This document shows, piece by piece, positions 8,817 to 17,123 of a stretch of DNA of 32,000 nt (position 1 is its first letter; each line of letters opens with the position of its first letter). Location: positions 720,001 through 752,000 of the forward strand of contig CP060222.1 in NCBI GenBank assembly GCA_023898425.1, written 5' to 3'. The translations under genes and the position numbers were made by a program. Source of the stretch: Candidatus Saccharimonadota bacterium. GTDB taxonomy: Bacteria > Patescibacteriota > Patescibacteriia > 2-12-FULL-60-25. The notes beneath the pieces were generated by a model. It was not told the origin of the DNA. It worked only from the letters and a program-made list of their open reading frames with translations, and ran no database searches.

Positions 8817-9871
8817 AGGGAGGCGTAAAGCGTATCATACAAGCGAACAACCACCTGAATACCAAAACGATCGCGTACAATGTTTGCGGCTAAATCAGCC
8901 CTTATTAAGGCGTCGGTATATTGAGTAAGTGTTTGATGTATTGCTTTACTCAAAGCATCAACATCGCTCACTGGTATAAGCAACATCGATCTACGATCAA
9001 AGACTTCGCGAATTGCAGGTAAGTCGGTAGCGATAGCAGGTAAGCGTGATGCCGCCGCTTCGAGAAGCGCCATCCCCTGACCTTCGTGTAACGAAGGCAT
9101 GCAAAAAAGATCAGATGTTGTCAGATAATAGGAAGGGTCATTTACTGACCCTGCCCAGTGAATACGTTGTGCAATACCAAGACGTTCGCTCTCACGTTGT
9201 AATGTTAAGCGCAATGGTCCATCGCCAACAATGGTTAATGCCCAAGGACGATGTAAGAGCGCTAATGCCTCGAGAAGCACTCGATGACCTTTTTCTGGAG
9301 CGAGCCTACCAACAATAACGAGCTTTGGAATATCACCCGCTTGATGTCTCTCGCGTAAGGCAAAACGCTGAAGATCTAATCCAACAGGAATGACTGTTAC
9401 TTTTTTTTCTAAAACACCATAACGCCAAGTCACCATATCTTTAACAGAACGTGAGACAGCCGCGATATGCCCAGCAGAGCGATAGGCCAAAAAGCGTAAT
9501 ATTCTTGTGATGATGCTTAGTTCTGGTTCATGACTATGAGCTGTCATCACCCACTTAATACCAAGCGGTTTTGCCGCAAAGTAACCCGCCCATACATCTG
9601 CACCTAAATGCGTATGCACGATATCGGGCTGACATTCTCGATATAGTTCTTTGCATTGTTCGATGATACGAAAACGCTCTTTTAGTGTATGCGGTTGTTT
9701 ACCTAATACTTTTAAGTCTATTTCTGCATCTAAAAATAATTGCTCCATTTCTCCACCGCATACCGCGATTACACGTACATCGTGTGATCGTTGCTGAGCT
9801 TGTGCCAAATCCAAAACAAAACGCTCAGCACCGCCTCTACCTAATGACCAAACGACATGGATAATACGCAT
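8813..9871 (-). CDS. Glycosyltransferase family 4 (GT-B fold)
   Basis: 352-aa ORF. MRIIHVVWSLGRGGAERF, GRLAPEKG and PSLHEGQGMALLEAAASRLPAIATD. Confidence 0.85.
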   Translation of the reverse strand: MRIIHVVWSLGRGGAERFVLDLAQAQQRSHDVRVIAVCGGEMEQLFLDAEIDLKVLGKQPHTLKERFRIIEQCKELYRECQPDIVHTHLGADVWAGYFAAKPLGIKWVMTAHSHEPELSIITRILRFLAYRSAGHIAAVSRSVKDMVTWRYGVLEKKVTVIPVGLDLQRFALRERHQAGDIPKLVIVGRLAPEKGHRVLLEALALLHRPWALTIVGDGPLRLTLQRESERLGIAQRIHWAGSVNDPSYYLTTSDLFCMPSLHEGQGMALLEAAASRLPAIATDLPAIREVFDRRSMLLIPVSDVDALSKAIHQTLTQYTDALIRADLAANIVRDRFGIQVVVRLYDTLYASL

Positions 9872-9875
9872 ACTC

Positions 9876-11324
9876 TTATTTTAATAGAGTTTCTTTTAAG
9901 AAATCTGGATCTTTTGCTTTTTCGCTACTTACAAAAACTCTCGAAGCAGCTAATACCAAACCAACCGGCAACCATAAACGCGGCGTCCAATAGGTCGTGC
10001 TAAAACATTCAAACAGAAACATGCTTGCCACAAGGATACAAAGATACATATAAGCCTCACGTTCATCACTACTCGTGGAAAGCGCTTTATTATTTTTCCA
10101 CATTGTATGCCCAAGTGCATACAGCAATATACCTAGCGCCAGTAAGCCAATACCGCCTAATTCGCCTGCGACTTTCTGTATGATGCCATGCGCATCAAAG
10201 GCAGGACCAAATTCAACAAAAAAAGCACGTGAATTACCGACAAGTTGCAAATAGCCTCCCGCTCCAACACCGAATACAGGCGAATCCTTAAAAGCATTAA
10301 AGCCAATTGCAGCAATCATATTACGAGAACTTACTGAACTCATTGCCCCGCTTGATAGAGTATAAACAACCATCGCTATAGCAATAGGTGACAAAAGAAT
10401 ACCAGCACCGATAATAGATGATCGATAGTGTTGCCACCAAGGACGCCAAACGGTCGCACAAAGACAGACAAAGGCAAAAGCAAGCACGATCCACGCTGTT
10501 CGACTAAAGGTAAACAAGGTAACAATAAACATTAAAACAACACCTGCTTTTATCCATTTTTTTTGTTCTTCTGATTTTGATAATGCCCCTAAAGCAAGCA
10601 AAGCGCCCATGCCAATAATTAATGTCTCTGCCAAAGCATGCTGATTACCACCGAGTGCATTTACACCAAGTATAGGTAATGGCATAGCGCGACCAAGCTG
10701 AAGAACGCCATTTGAATACACCATAGAGATAAGTCCACCGATAGCAAATAAAGCACCACTCATACCAAGTGAACCCAGTATTGGCTTAAGACGTTTTTTT
10801 GATCGAACAAAATTTGCCACCAAAACGATACAGCTGAGATAGATAAAACCAATATATCGTATAGCATGTTTTACAACTTCGATTTTACTAGGAAGTGCAG
10901 GCGAAAACATTGATACTAGCTCAGCAAGAAACAATAGCGAGAATGGTAGGAGTATCGGAAACCAAGGCTTCCAATTGAGATCACGTCTCCCCTTCCAGTA
11001 GAATAAAAGTCTGAGCGCCCATGCTGCCAACAATGAAAGCGCTAATAACTCACCAACGCTTATTTCTGCGTAAACATGTAACACTTGTTCGCCAATGCGA
11101 TATTCTCCCGTATCTAAACTCACCACCCAACCAATCATGAGTGAGATTGGAGCCCAAGCAAATAAGACCAGGTAAGGCTCACGCCAAGCGAGCAAGGTAC
11201 AAGCCAATAGAGATGCCAGAAAAGCAAGCGCAAGAGGCGTTCCAATAATAAAGCCTAAAAGGAAAAGCGCTACAAATAGCCCTAGACCTAGGGCGATACG
11301 TGTAGACAAAGAACGACTGAACAT
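9876..11324 (-). CDS. O-antigen ligase/polymerase-like (Wzy_C-type) polytopic membrane protein
   Basis: 482-aa ORF, hydrophobic throughout with at least 10 predicted TM segments by eye. Central FTFSRTAW segment followed by a loop, typical of Wzy_C/O-antigen-ligase-like proteins. Embedded among GT genes. Confidence 0.65.
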   Translation of the reverse strand: MFSRSLSTRIALGLGLFVALFLLGFIIGTPLALAFLASLLACTLLAWREPYLVLFAWAPISLMIGWVVSLDTGEYRIGEQVLHVYAEISVGELLALSLLAAWALRLLFYWKGRRDLNWKPWFPILLPFSLLFLAELVSMFSPALPSKIEVVKHAIRYIGFIYLSCIVLVANFVRSKKRLKPILGSLGMSGALFAIGGLISMVYSNGVLQLGRAMPLPILGVNALGGNQHALAETLIIGMGALLALGALSKSEEQKKWIKAGVVLMFIVTLFTFSRTAWIVLAFAFVCLCATVWRPWWQHYRSSIIGAGILLSPIAIAMVVYTLSSGAMSSVSSRNMIAAIGFNAFKDSPVFGVGAGGYLQLVGNSRAFFVEFGPAFDAHGIIQKVAGELGGIGLLALGILLYALGHTMWKNNKALSTSSDEREAYMYLCILVASMFLFECFSTTYWTPRLWLPVGLVLAASRVFVSSEKAKDPDFLKETLLK

Positions 11325-11370
11325 TAAGCAAAGTATACCATAGAGAAGTCGTTCATGATACGCTTTTTCT

Positions 11371-11943
11371 ATGCAAACAAGCCCCTATCACCTCCTACCA
11401 AAAGTATTAGACATCATCGATTGCCTACAACCGAAACGTATTTTAGATATTGGTTGCGGCGATGGTTTTGTTGGGCTTGCTATCCATCGTTATATCGACC
11501 AATCTATCCGATTAGATGGAATTGATAAAACAGCTACGAAGTCACCCTTATTATCAAGCGACTATCAGCTTTTTACAAAAATAGATTTTCGCTCTCTAGA
11601 GGCTAAGGATCTCCCGCACTATGATCTCGTTCTCTTGCTTGAGACACTTCAATCAGTCAATAAACGCGAAGGCAAAAAACTCTTAACGCAACTCCTTCAA
11701 CAAAATAATAGCTTGCTTATTAGTGTTGATCGAAGCCAGTGGGACAAAGGGGATTTTGCTGAGCTGAGTAATGCGTTATTTCTATTTGATAGTGAACGCA
11801 CCCTCGTTTTTTTAACAAAAGACCCTGAAAAAATAAAACAATTAAGAAAAAATAGAATTACCTCAAAATTATTACGCGGTATTGGTAGTTCAAAAACAGC
11901 TACTCGTATTATAAAACGTGTTACCAAAACAAAATCAAAGTAA
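11371..11943 (+). CDS. Class I SAM-dependent methyltransferase
   Basis: 190-aa ORF with SAM-binding motif I ILDIGCGDGFVG, followed by an acidic residue after beta2 (LDGID). Lys-rich C-terminal tail. Confidence 0.65.
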   Translation: MQTSPYHLLPKVLDIIDCLQPKRILDIGCGDGFVGLAIHRYIDQSIRLDGIDKTATKSPLLSSDYQLFTKIDFRSLEAKDLPHYDLVLLLETLQSVNKREGKKLLTQLLQQNNSLLISVDRSQWDKGDFAELSNALFLFDSERTLVFLTKDPEKIKQLRKNRITSKLLRGIGSSKTATRIIKRVTKTKSK

Positions 11944-11954
11944 GATACGAAAAA

Positions 11955-11981
11955 GCCCCTCTTGAAGTTCAAGAAGGGCTC
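11955..11981. terminator. Bidirectional rho-independent terminator between convergent genes
   Basis: AGCCCCTCTTGAA-G-TTCAAGAAGGGCT, a 13-nt inverted repeat with one mismatch. It is preceded by AAAAA (a TTTTT tail for the minus-strand transcript) and followed by CATTTCAGTTT on the plus strand. Confidence 0.6.
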
Positions 11982-12023
11982 ATTTCAGTTTGCGCTAGAA
12001 GCGCTCAAGGACACCGCGCTTGA

Positions 12024-14939
12024 TCAGAGCGCGCCGTTGCGGCAGACACCCGAAGATGTCGTACCCGTGATCGGCGAACCATTGCCAGCGGTGATCGACG
12101 CGTAGTCGCTATACCCGGAGGTAGAGGCGACACACGTACCACCGTAGTTATGCGCCATGTGGACGATGTAGACCGTCCCGTTGACGTTGACGCAACTGCG
12201 GATCGTCCAAGGAACACCCGTAGGCACTCCAGAGCACGAAACCACGGTATTGCCACCGCTCACAGCACACGAAGAGCCGGGCACCACACTCAGAGTGGTC
12301 GCATCGACGACCGTGGGCTGTGCCGTACACGGAACACCGTTGGTGTCGCTGCCCGTGAGGACAAAGACACGCGTGGCATTGCTCGTATTGAGCGTTGCAC
12401 TGACCGTGGTCGTCCCAGAAGGACAACCCTCGTTCACCACACCGCTGCAGTTGTTGTCGAGCAAGTCACCGCAGACCTCAGTTGCACCGGGATTGACCGA
12501 TGCATTGGAGGGACTGCAGTCGTTGTTGTTCGACACCTGACCAGACGGACAAACCGCGCCCGAGACGACGTTGACCGCGCCTGCACCGTAACCATCGTTG
12601 TCGGTGTCGGCGTAGCAATTGGTCGTCACGCAGCCTTCGTTCACCAGGGCATCGCAGTCGTTGTCGACCTGATCACCGCAGAGCTCAGCCGCGTTGGGGT
12701 GGGTGGTCGGCGCTGCATCGTTGCAGTCGCCATTGGCCGACGAGGTACCCGCGGGACACATGGCTGCGCTGTACACGAAGCCCGCTCCCACACCGTAGCC
12801 ATCTGCGTCAGCGTCCGTGTAGCACGTGACACTCACACAAGACAGGTTCTCGTTGACCATGCCGTCGCAGTCGTTGTCGATCATGTCGCAGACCTCCAAC
12901 TGGAGGGGGTTCTGTGACGCATTGGCGTCGTTGCAGTCCGAGTTGTTCGTCACGCGACCAGCGGGGCAGGAACCGTAGACCTGGAGGGCCGTACCGGTAC
13001 CGAAGCCGTCGTTGTCGGCGTCGACGAAGCAACTCGTGATGATGCAGCCATCATCCACGATCGTATTGCAGTTCTGATCGATGGCATCGCCACAGACCTC
13101 GACCGCATTGGGGTGGATGGTATTGACGTTGTTGTTGCAGTCACCTGCAACCGTCACCTGTCCTGCGGGGCACGCCAGAGCCGCGAGGCTATTGGGTGCA
13201 CCGGCGCCATAGCCATCACCATCGGTGTCGGCGTAGCACGTGATCACCTCGCACGAGAGACCGTCGTCGATCGTGAGATCGCAGTCGTCGTCGATGAGAT
13301 TGCACATCTCAATTGCGCCGGGGTGAATTGTGTCGTCACCGTCGTCGCAGTCGTCGTCGAGACCAACCTGACCATCGGGACAGACCGCGGGAGCCGCAGC
13401 CGTACCATTGATCGGGTTTGCCACACCAGCGCCGTGACCATCACCGTCCGCGTCGACGTAGCAGAACACCATATTGCAGGTGAGTCCGTCGTCGGCCACG
13501 AGCGTGCAGTCGTCGTCGATCGTATTGCAGATCTCTATGGCACCGGGGAAGACCGCAGAAGAAGCGTCGTTGCAGTCACCGAAGATCGCCGAAGTACCCG
13601 AGGGGCACTGCGTCGTATTCGGCATGACCATACCGACACCGCTACCGAAGCCGTCCATGTCACCATCCGTGTAGCAGGTCGTCGCCATGCAAACGAGCAT
13701 GTCGTCGATCGTACCGTCACAGTTGTCGTCGAAGCCGTTGCAGATCTCGGTGGCACCGGGATGGATCTGGTCGTTCGCGTCGTTGCACTCACCGCCGAGC
13801 TTTACCTCGCCAGCAAGACACGTCGTACCGATACGAACCACGCCCACACCCGTACCGAACCCGTCACCATCGGCGTCAGGGAAGCAGCGGACAGACTCGC
13901 AGGTGTTGCCACCATCGATCATTCCGTCGCAGTTGTCGTCGATGAGGTTGCAGATCTCGGTGGCACCAGGGTGCACAGCGGGATCGTTGGGAGCGCAGTC
14001 GTTGGGGACCGCGGACTCACCAGCGTTACAGCTGGTACCAAGGCGGGTCACGGGCAAGCCGTAACCGAAGCCATCGTCGTCGACATCCTCGTAGCAGTCG
14101 ATCGACTCGCAGCTCAGACCTTCGTTGATCTGACCGTCGCAGTCGTTGTCGATGCCCGTGGGCAAGTCACAGATCTCGGGGGCACCCGGAAAGGTGCTCG
14201 AGACCGTATCATCGCAGTCGCCAGGGACCGTCGCCATACCAGCGCCGCAAGCGGCACCGTTATTGGCGAGGACACCGTCACCCGTTCCGAACCCGTCACC
14301 ATCCGCATCGACGTAGCACGTCTGCTGAGAGCAGATGAGCGCGCCGCTTGGGGTGCTGTCGGGCGTACCGTCGCAGTCGTCGTCGAGACCGTTGCAGGTC
14401 TCGGCTTGCGGGGCCAGCGGGGTCGCGTTGCAGAACAACGTGGCCGTAGGCTTGTCGCAAGTGAAGGTGCCCGCTTGGGTACATTCACCGACTCCGTTGG
14501 TACAGGGCTCACCCATCACGCCGACGTTCGAGACGACACACCCAAGGGGGATGTCGGTTTGCACGCAGATCGTGTAGACACCCGGCGACAGCTGATACTG
14601 CCAGCCAAGGGGGCCACCGGGGCCACCGATCGTGCAGAAGCGACCATCGGTGGAGTTCACGCCGCCATCGGGATTCGACGGGACGGGAGCCACGCAGGTG
14701 CACTCGGTCCACGTGTTGTTGGCCGGGTCGCAGTACTGCGTCGCCTGGGGGCTGTAGCCCGGAGGGCAAGTGTTGGGGCAATAGTTGATGTCGCCCGGCT
14801 GATTGCCGGTCGAATCACAGGTGCCGGTGAGGGCAGCATGCGAATCCGAGGCATCGAACGGGCTGGCACAGCCAGCCTGAACGAGGACGAGCCCCAAGGT
14901 TGCCATCATGGCGACCTTGAGAAGGTTGAAATTTCTCAT
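12024..14939 (-). CDS. Secreted lipoprotein, Cys/Asp-rich, nine tandem MopE-like putative metal/calcium-binding modules; GC-rich compositional outlier
   Basis: 971-aa ORF. N-terminus MRNFNLLKVAMMATLGLVLVQAG|C is a lipoprotein signal with Cys24. Strong SD (AAGGAGAG) ends 3 nt before the ATG. Nine repeats of C[YF]xDxDxDG[FYH]GxG...C..G......DC.D......P.A.E.C......D..C. About 60% GC against low-40s in flanking genes (hand counts of single 60-nt lines: 37/60, 30/60 and 40/60 inside; 25/60 in a flanking gene). Confidence 0.9.
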   Translation of the reverse strand: MRNFNLLKVAMMATLGLVLVQAGCASPFDASDSHAALTGTCDSTGNQPGDINYCPNTCPPGYSPQATQYCDPANNTWTECTCVAPVPSNPDGGVNSTDGRFCTIGGPGGPLGWQYQLSPGVYTICVQTDIPLGCVVSNVGVMGEPCTNGVGECTQAGTFTCDKPTATLFCNATPLAPQAETCNGLDDDCDGTPDSTPSGALICSQQTCYVDADGDGFGTGDGVLANNGAACGAGMATVPGDCDDTVSSTFPGAPEICDLPTGIDNDCDGQINEGLSCESIDCYEDVDDDGFGYGLPVTRLGTSCNAGESAVPNDCAPNDPAVHPGATEICNLIDDNCDGMIDGGNTCESVRCFPDADGDGFGTGVGVVRIGTTCLAGEVKLGGECNDANDQIHPGATEICNGFDDNCDGTIDDMLVCMATTCYTDGDMDGFGSGVGMVMPNTTQCPSGTSAIFGDCNDASSAVFPGAIEICNTIDDDCTLVADDGLTCNMVFCYVDADGDGHGAGVANPINGTAAAPAVCPDGQVGLDDDCDDGDDTIHPGAIEMCNLIDDDCDLTIDDGLSCEVITCYADTDGDGYGAGAPNSLAALACPAGQVTVAGDCNNNVNTIHPNAVEVCGDAIDQNCNTIVDDGCIITSCFVDADNDGFGTGTALQVYGSCPAGRVTNNSDCNDANASQNPLQLEVCDMIDNDCDGMVNENLSCVSVTCYTDADADGYGVGAGFVYSAAMCPAGTSSANGDCNDAAPTTHPNAAELCGDQVDNDCDALVNEGCVTTNCYADTDNDGYGAGAVNVVSGAVCPSGQVSNNNDCSPSNASVNPGATEVCGDLLDNNCSGVVNEGCPSGTTTVSATLNTSNATRVFVLTGSDTNGVPCTAQPTVVDATTLSVVPGSSCAVSGGNTVVSCSGVPTGVPWTIRSCVNVNGTVYIVHMAHNYGGTCVASTSGYSDYASITAGNGSPITGTTSSGVCRNGAL
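12423..14318 (-). repeat. Nine tandem coding repeats of ~195-225 nt (65-75 aa modules, aa 208-839 of the lipoprotein)
   Basis: Module boundaries on the minus strand: 14318-14097, 14096-13887, 13886-13677, 13676-13464, 13463-13239, 13238-13032, 13031-12825, 12824-12618 and 12617-12423. Each starts with a Cys codon followed by Y/F-x-D-x-D-x-D-G. Six Cys per module. Modules are diverged; I estimate about half identical at protein level for similar pairs. Confidence 0.85.
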
Positions 14940-15050
14940 TTTCTCTCCTTGCGTATTTGATTACCCGGCACGCATCCGGGGTAGATAACTGATTGTAGGG
15001 TCCAATTAATGCAGCCGGGTTCTTATCCCAGAGATACATCAAGCTCAGCT

Positions 15051-15079
15051 TAACTATCATATTTATAAATAAATGTCAA
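15051..15079 (-). promoter_or_regulatory. Candidate sigma70-type promoter for the GC-rich lipoprotein gene
   Basis: On the minus strand: TTGACA (plus 15074..15079), a 17-nt AT-rich spacer ending in TGA, then TAGTTA (plus 15051..15056). It sits in a ~22% GC intergenic region and would give a ~100-nt 5' UTR. Pattern match only. Confidence 0.4.
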
Positions 15080-15215
15080 TCGTCTATAGGACAAAAATAT
15101 CCTTATTCATATAATTCTGACTCTTTGAAAGACGTATTTGTAAAATAATGGCTAATATTAGCGCTATTTACTATTTAATGTAGAAAAATCCTGGGATAAT
15201 AGTTTTTCTATTCTG

Positions 15216-15977
15216 CTATCTTTTCGGTATCATTACTGCCTGTGACCAAACTAACTCAAAAACGGTTCTCATCATTTGTGTAAGAGCTGGCGAATAAATA
15301 ACGAGCACAGCGGGTTCTTTACCATGGGTAAAAAGATACGATTTTTGACCTGTGATCGCGAGTCCACCAGAAAAAGGAGCCTGATCAACATAACAAGCTC
15401 TTACATCGAATCTATTTGCATCAAAACTCGGTAAAGCACTCCCTCTTGGTGTCACAAGAACCGTACGACCATGTTGTAGACGCATTTGTCGATCGCGTTT
15501 ATCACTCGCGGCTTCGATAATTCGATGAAAATACTCATCAATAACAAACCATTCCAAAAGCGCATCTTGGCTCATGGCGATCTCATCACGTAAACGCAAG
15601 ATCTCGCTCATACCTTCGAAATACTGCACATGCGGCTTACCTTGACCGTCTTGAAAAGCAGCGAGCAATTCTTTCATCGAATCATTAAGGCGTTGCATGC
15701 GATATCGCATTGTCTCTAAATCTCCTGCGAGATTTTCTCTTAATCGTTCTGGAGAACGTGCGGTAAATACCGCTCTCCCTGCTTGCTCGCCTTCGATGAC
15801 AAGACCTTTTTCTATCAATGACTCTAAGGCTGGATAGGTAGCCGTGCGATTTACGTGACTTTTTTCTGCGATCTCTTGCACGGAACTTGTACCGAGTATT
15901 AACAACGTTAAATAAATATCACTTTCGCGCTGTGTAAAGCCGCAATCTTTGAGCAGCGGTCGAATATGATCAAACAT
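15216..15977 (-). CDS. TrmB-family transcriptional regulator (N-terminal winged HTH plus C-terminal effector-like domain)
   Basis: 253-aa ORF. N-terminus GFTQRESDIYLTLLILGTSSVQEIAEKSHVNRTATYPALESLIEKGLV matches the TrmB HTH pattern. Confidence 0.75.
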   Translation of the reverse strand: MFDHIRPLLKDCGFTQRESDIYLTLLILGTSSVQEIAEKSHVNRTATYPALESLIEKGLVIEGEQAGRAVFTARSPERLRENLAGDLETMRYRMQRLNDSMKELLAAFQDGQGKPHVQYFEGMSEILRLRDEIAMSQDALLEWFVIDEYFHRIIEAASDKRDRQMRLQHGRTVLVTPRGSALPSFDANRFDVRACYVDQAPFSGGLAITGQKSYLFTHGKEPAVLVIYSPALTQMMRTVFELVWSQAVMIPKR

Positions 15978-15980
15978 AAA

Positions 15981-17096
15981 TTACCAATTGGTCAGTAGTG
16001 GCAAAATAATCTCAGCTGTTTTCTTCCATGAAAACTGTTCTTCGCGCCTTTTTCCTTTCTCGCTTAATTGCTGACGTAACTCGGTAGAGCGTAATTGGTT
16101 CATTTGTTCTGCCAGTTGTTGTGCAAAAGCCGGATTAAAAAACAAAGCATTGCCCTCCCCTGCAATCTCTGGCATTGAACTTGTACTTGCAGCGATTACT
16201 GGTGTACCGCACTTCATAGCTTCAAGCACCGGTATACCAAATCCTTCATACCATGAAGGCTGAGCATAATATTCTGCAGCAGATAAAAGCGCCCCTTTAT
16301 CACTCTCTGCGAGATAACCGGTAAATAGAATATCGTCCACAAGACCGAGCTCTTGAATACGCTCACGCAAACGTTCAATACCAAATCCTTCACGACCCGC
16401 AAGAACAAGTTTTAAATCACGGTCATGTGTTTGTTGATAGTACAACGACAAAGCCTCAATCAATACACGAACATTTTTCTTTTCTTCGATGCGACCAATA
16501 AAAAGAACAAAACGTTGTGGTAATCCCATCTTTTGACGCAATAGATCTATCTGATCACTATTTGCTTCTTGCAAGGATTCTGAAACCGCGAGAGGCGCTA
16601 CTGTTATTTGTTCGGATTTCGCTCCGTAAAAATTAATGATTTCTTGTTTTGAAAATTCTGACACCGTTACAATTCGAGGACAACGACGCACAATATCACG
16701 CGTGGTCCACTCATGATAAAGACGTTGTTTTAACGGATAGAGTTCTGGATGACGTCGAAAACCAACATCATGAATTGTGACGACATTTTTCTTTGGCGCG
16801 ATAAGTGGCAATACATGCGCTGGTACAAATAAAACATCGGTAGGATTGCGCCACATCTCCCAAGACAAACGTAATTGCGTCCAAAGATACTTTGGTGGCC
16901 ATAATAATCGCACTTCACTCCAATGTTTTGGCAAAGTGGCCAGAGCACCCGTCAATGAATCATTTGTTAACAGCGACCAAGAATCATTACTACTTGCTGT
17001 TAGCTTTTTTAATTCTTCGATCACATTTAACGCATACCACTCTACGCCGGTTTTTTGTACACGATTTGCGCGTGACGCTTCGATGCCGATTTTCAT
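15981..17096 (-). CDS. Glycosyltransferase family 4 (mannosyltransferase-like)
   Basis: 371-aa [11 protein letters not shown] and [33 protein letters not shown]4 motifs. Confidence 0.85.
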   Translation of the reverse strand: MKIGIEASRANRVQKTGVEWYALNVIEELKKLTASSNDSWSLLTNDSLTGALATLPKHWSEVRLLWPPKYLWTQLRLSWEMWRNPTDVLFVPAHVLPLIAPKKNVVTIHDVGFRRHPELYPLKQRLYHEWTTRDIVRRCPRIVTVSEFSKQEIINFYGAKSEQITVAPLAVSESLQEANSDQIDLLRQKMGLPQRFVLFIGRIEEKKNVRVLIEALSLYYQQTHDRDLKLVLAGREGFGIERLRERIQELGLVDDILFTGYLAESDKGALLSAAEYYAQPSWYEGFGIPVLEAMKCGTPVIAASTSSMPEIAGEGNALFFNPAFAQQLAEQMNQLRSTELRQQLSEKGKRREEQFSWKKTAEIILPLLTNW

Positions 17097-17123
17097 AACC
17101 GTAGGATAGCAAAATCTCTTCGG

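Noticed and set aside
12423-14318. About 210-nt periodicity that might suggest a CRISPR array or a satellite repeat.
   Set aside because: The periodicity is in-frame coding repetition: diverged protein modules with conserved Cys and Asp positions. There are no short identical direct repeats with unique spacers, and no cas genes are nearby.
13113-14960. 615-aa plus-strand ORF antisense to the GC-rich lipoprotein gene, plus many other 60-255-aa ORFs on both strands between 12005 and 15060.
   Set aside because: Stop codons are rare in GC-rich DNA. The translations are Arg/Val/Thr/Ala-rich low-complexity strings with no motifs. They have no SD or promoter context. The minus-strand 971-aa frame alone has a signal peptide, an SD and a coherent repeat architecture.
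15023-15199. 9-bp inverted repeat TTATCCCAG (15023..15031) / CTGGGATAA (15191..15199) bracketing the promoter region of the island gene. It could be a TrmB operator pair or an insertion scar.
   Set aside because: A 9-bp reverse-complement match within about 280 nt of AT-biased DNA is expected by chance at roughly the 0.1-0.2 level by my rough estimate. It does not extend on either side and does not resemble the TrmB sites I remember. It is worth testing only if conserved.
11944-15215. Mobile-element hallmarks around the GC-rich island (integrase, transposase, att-like direct repeats, a tRNA target).
   Set aside because: I found none by eye. The flanks hold only a hairpin terminator and an AT-rich promoter region. 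The island is therefore not called a mobile element; its origin is left open.
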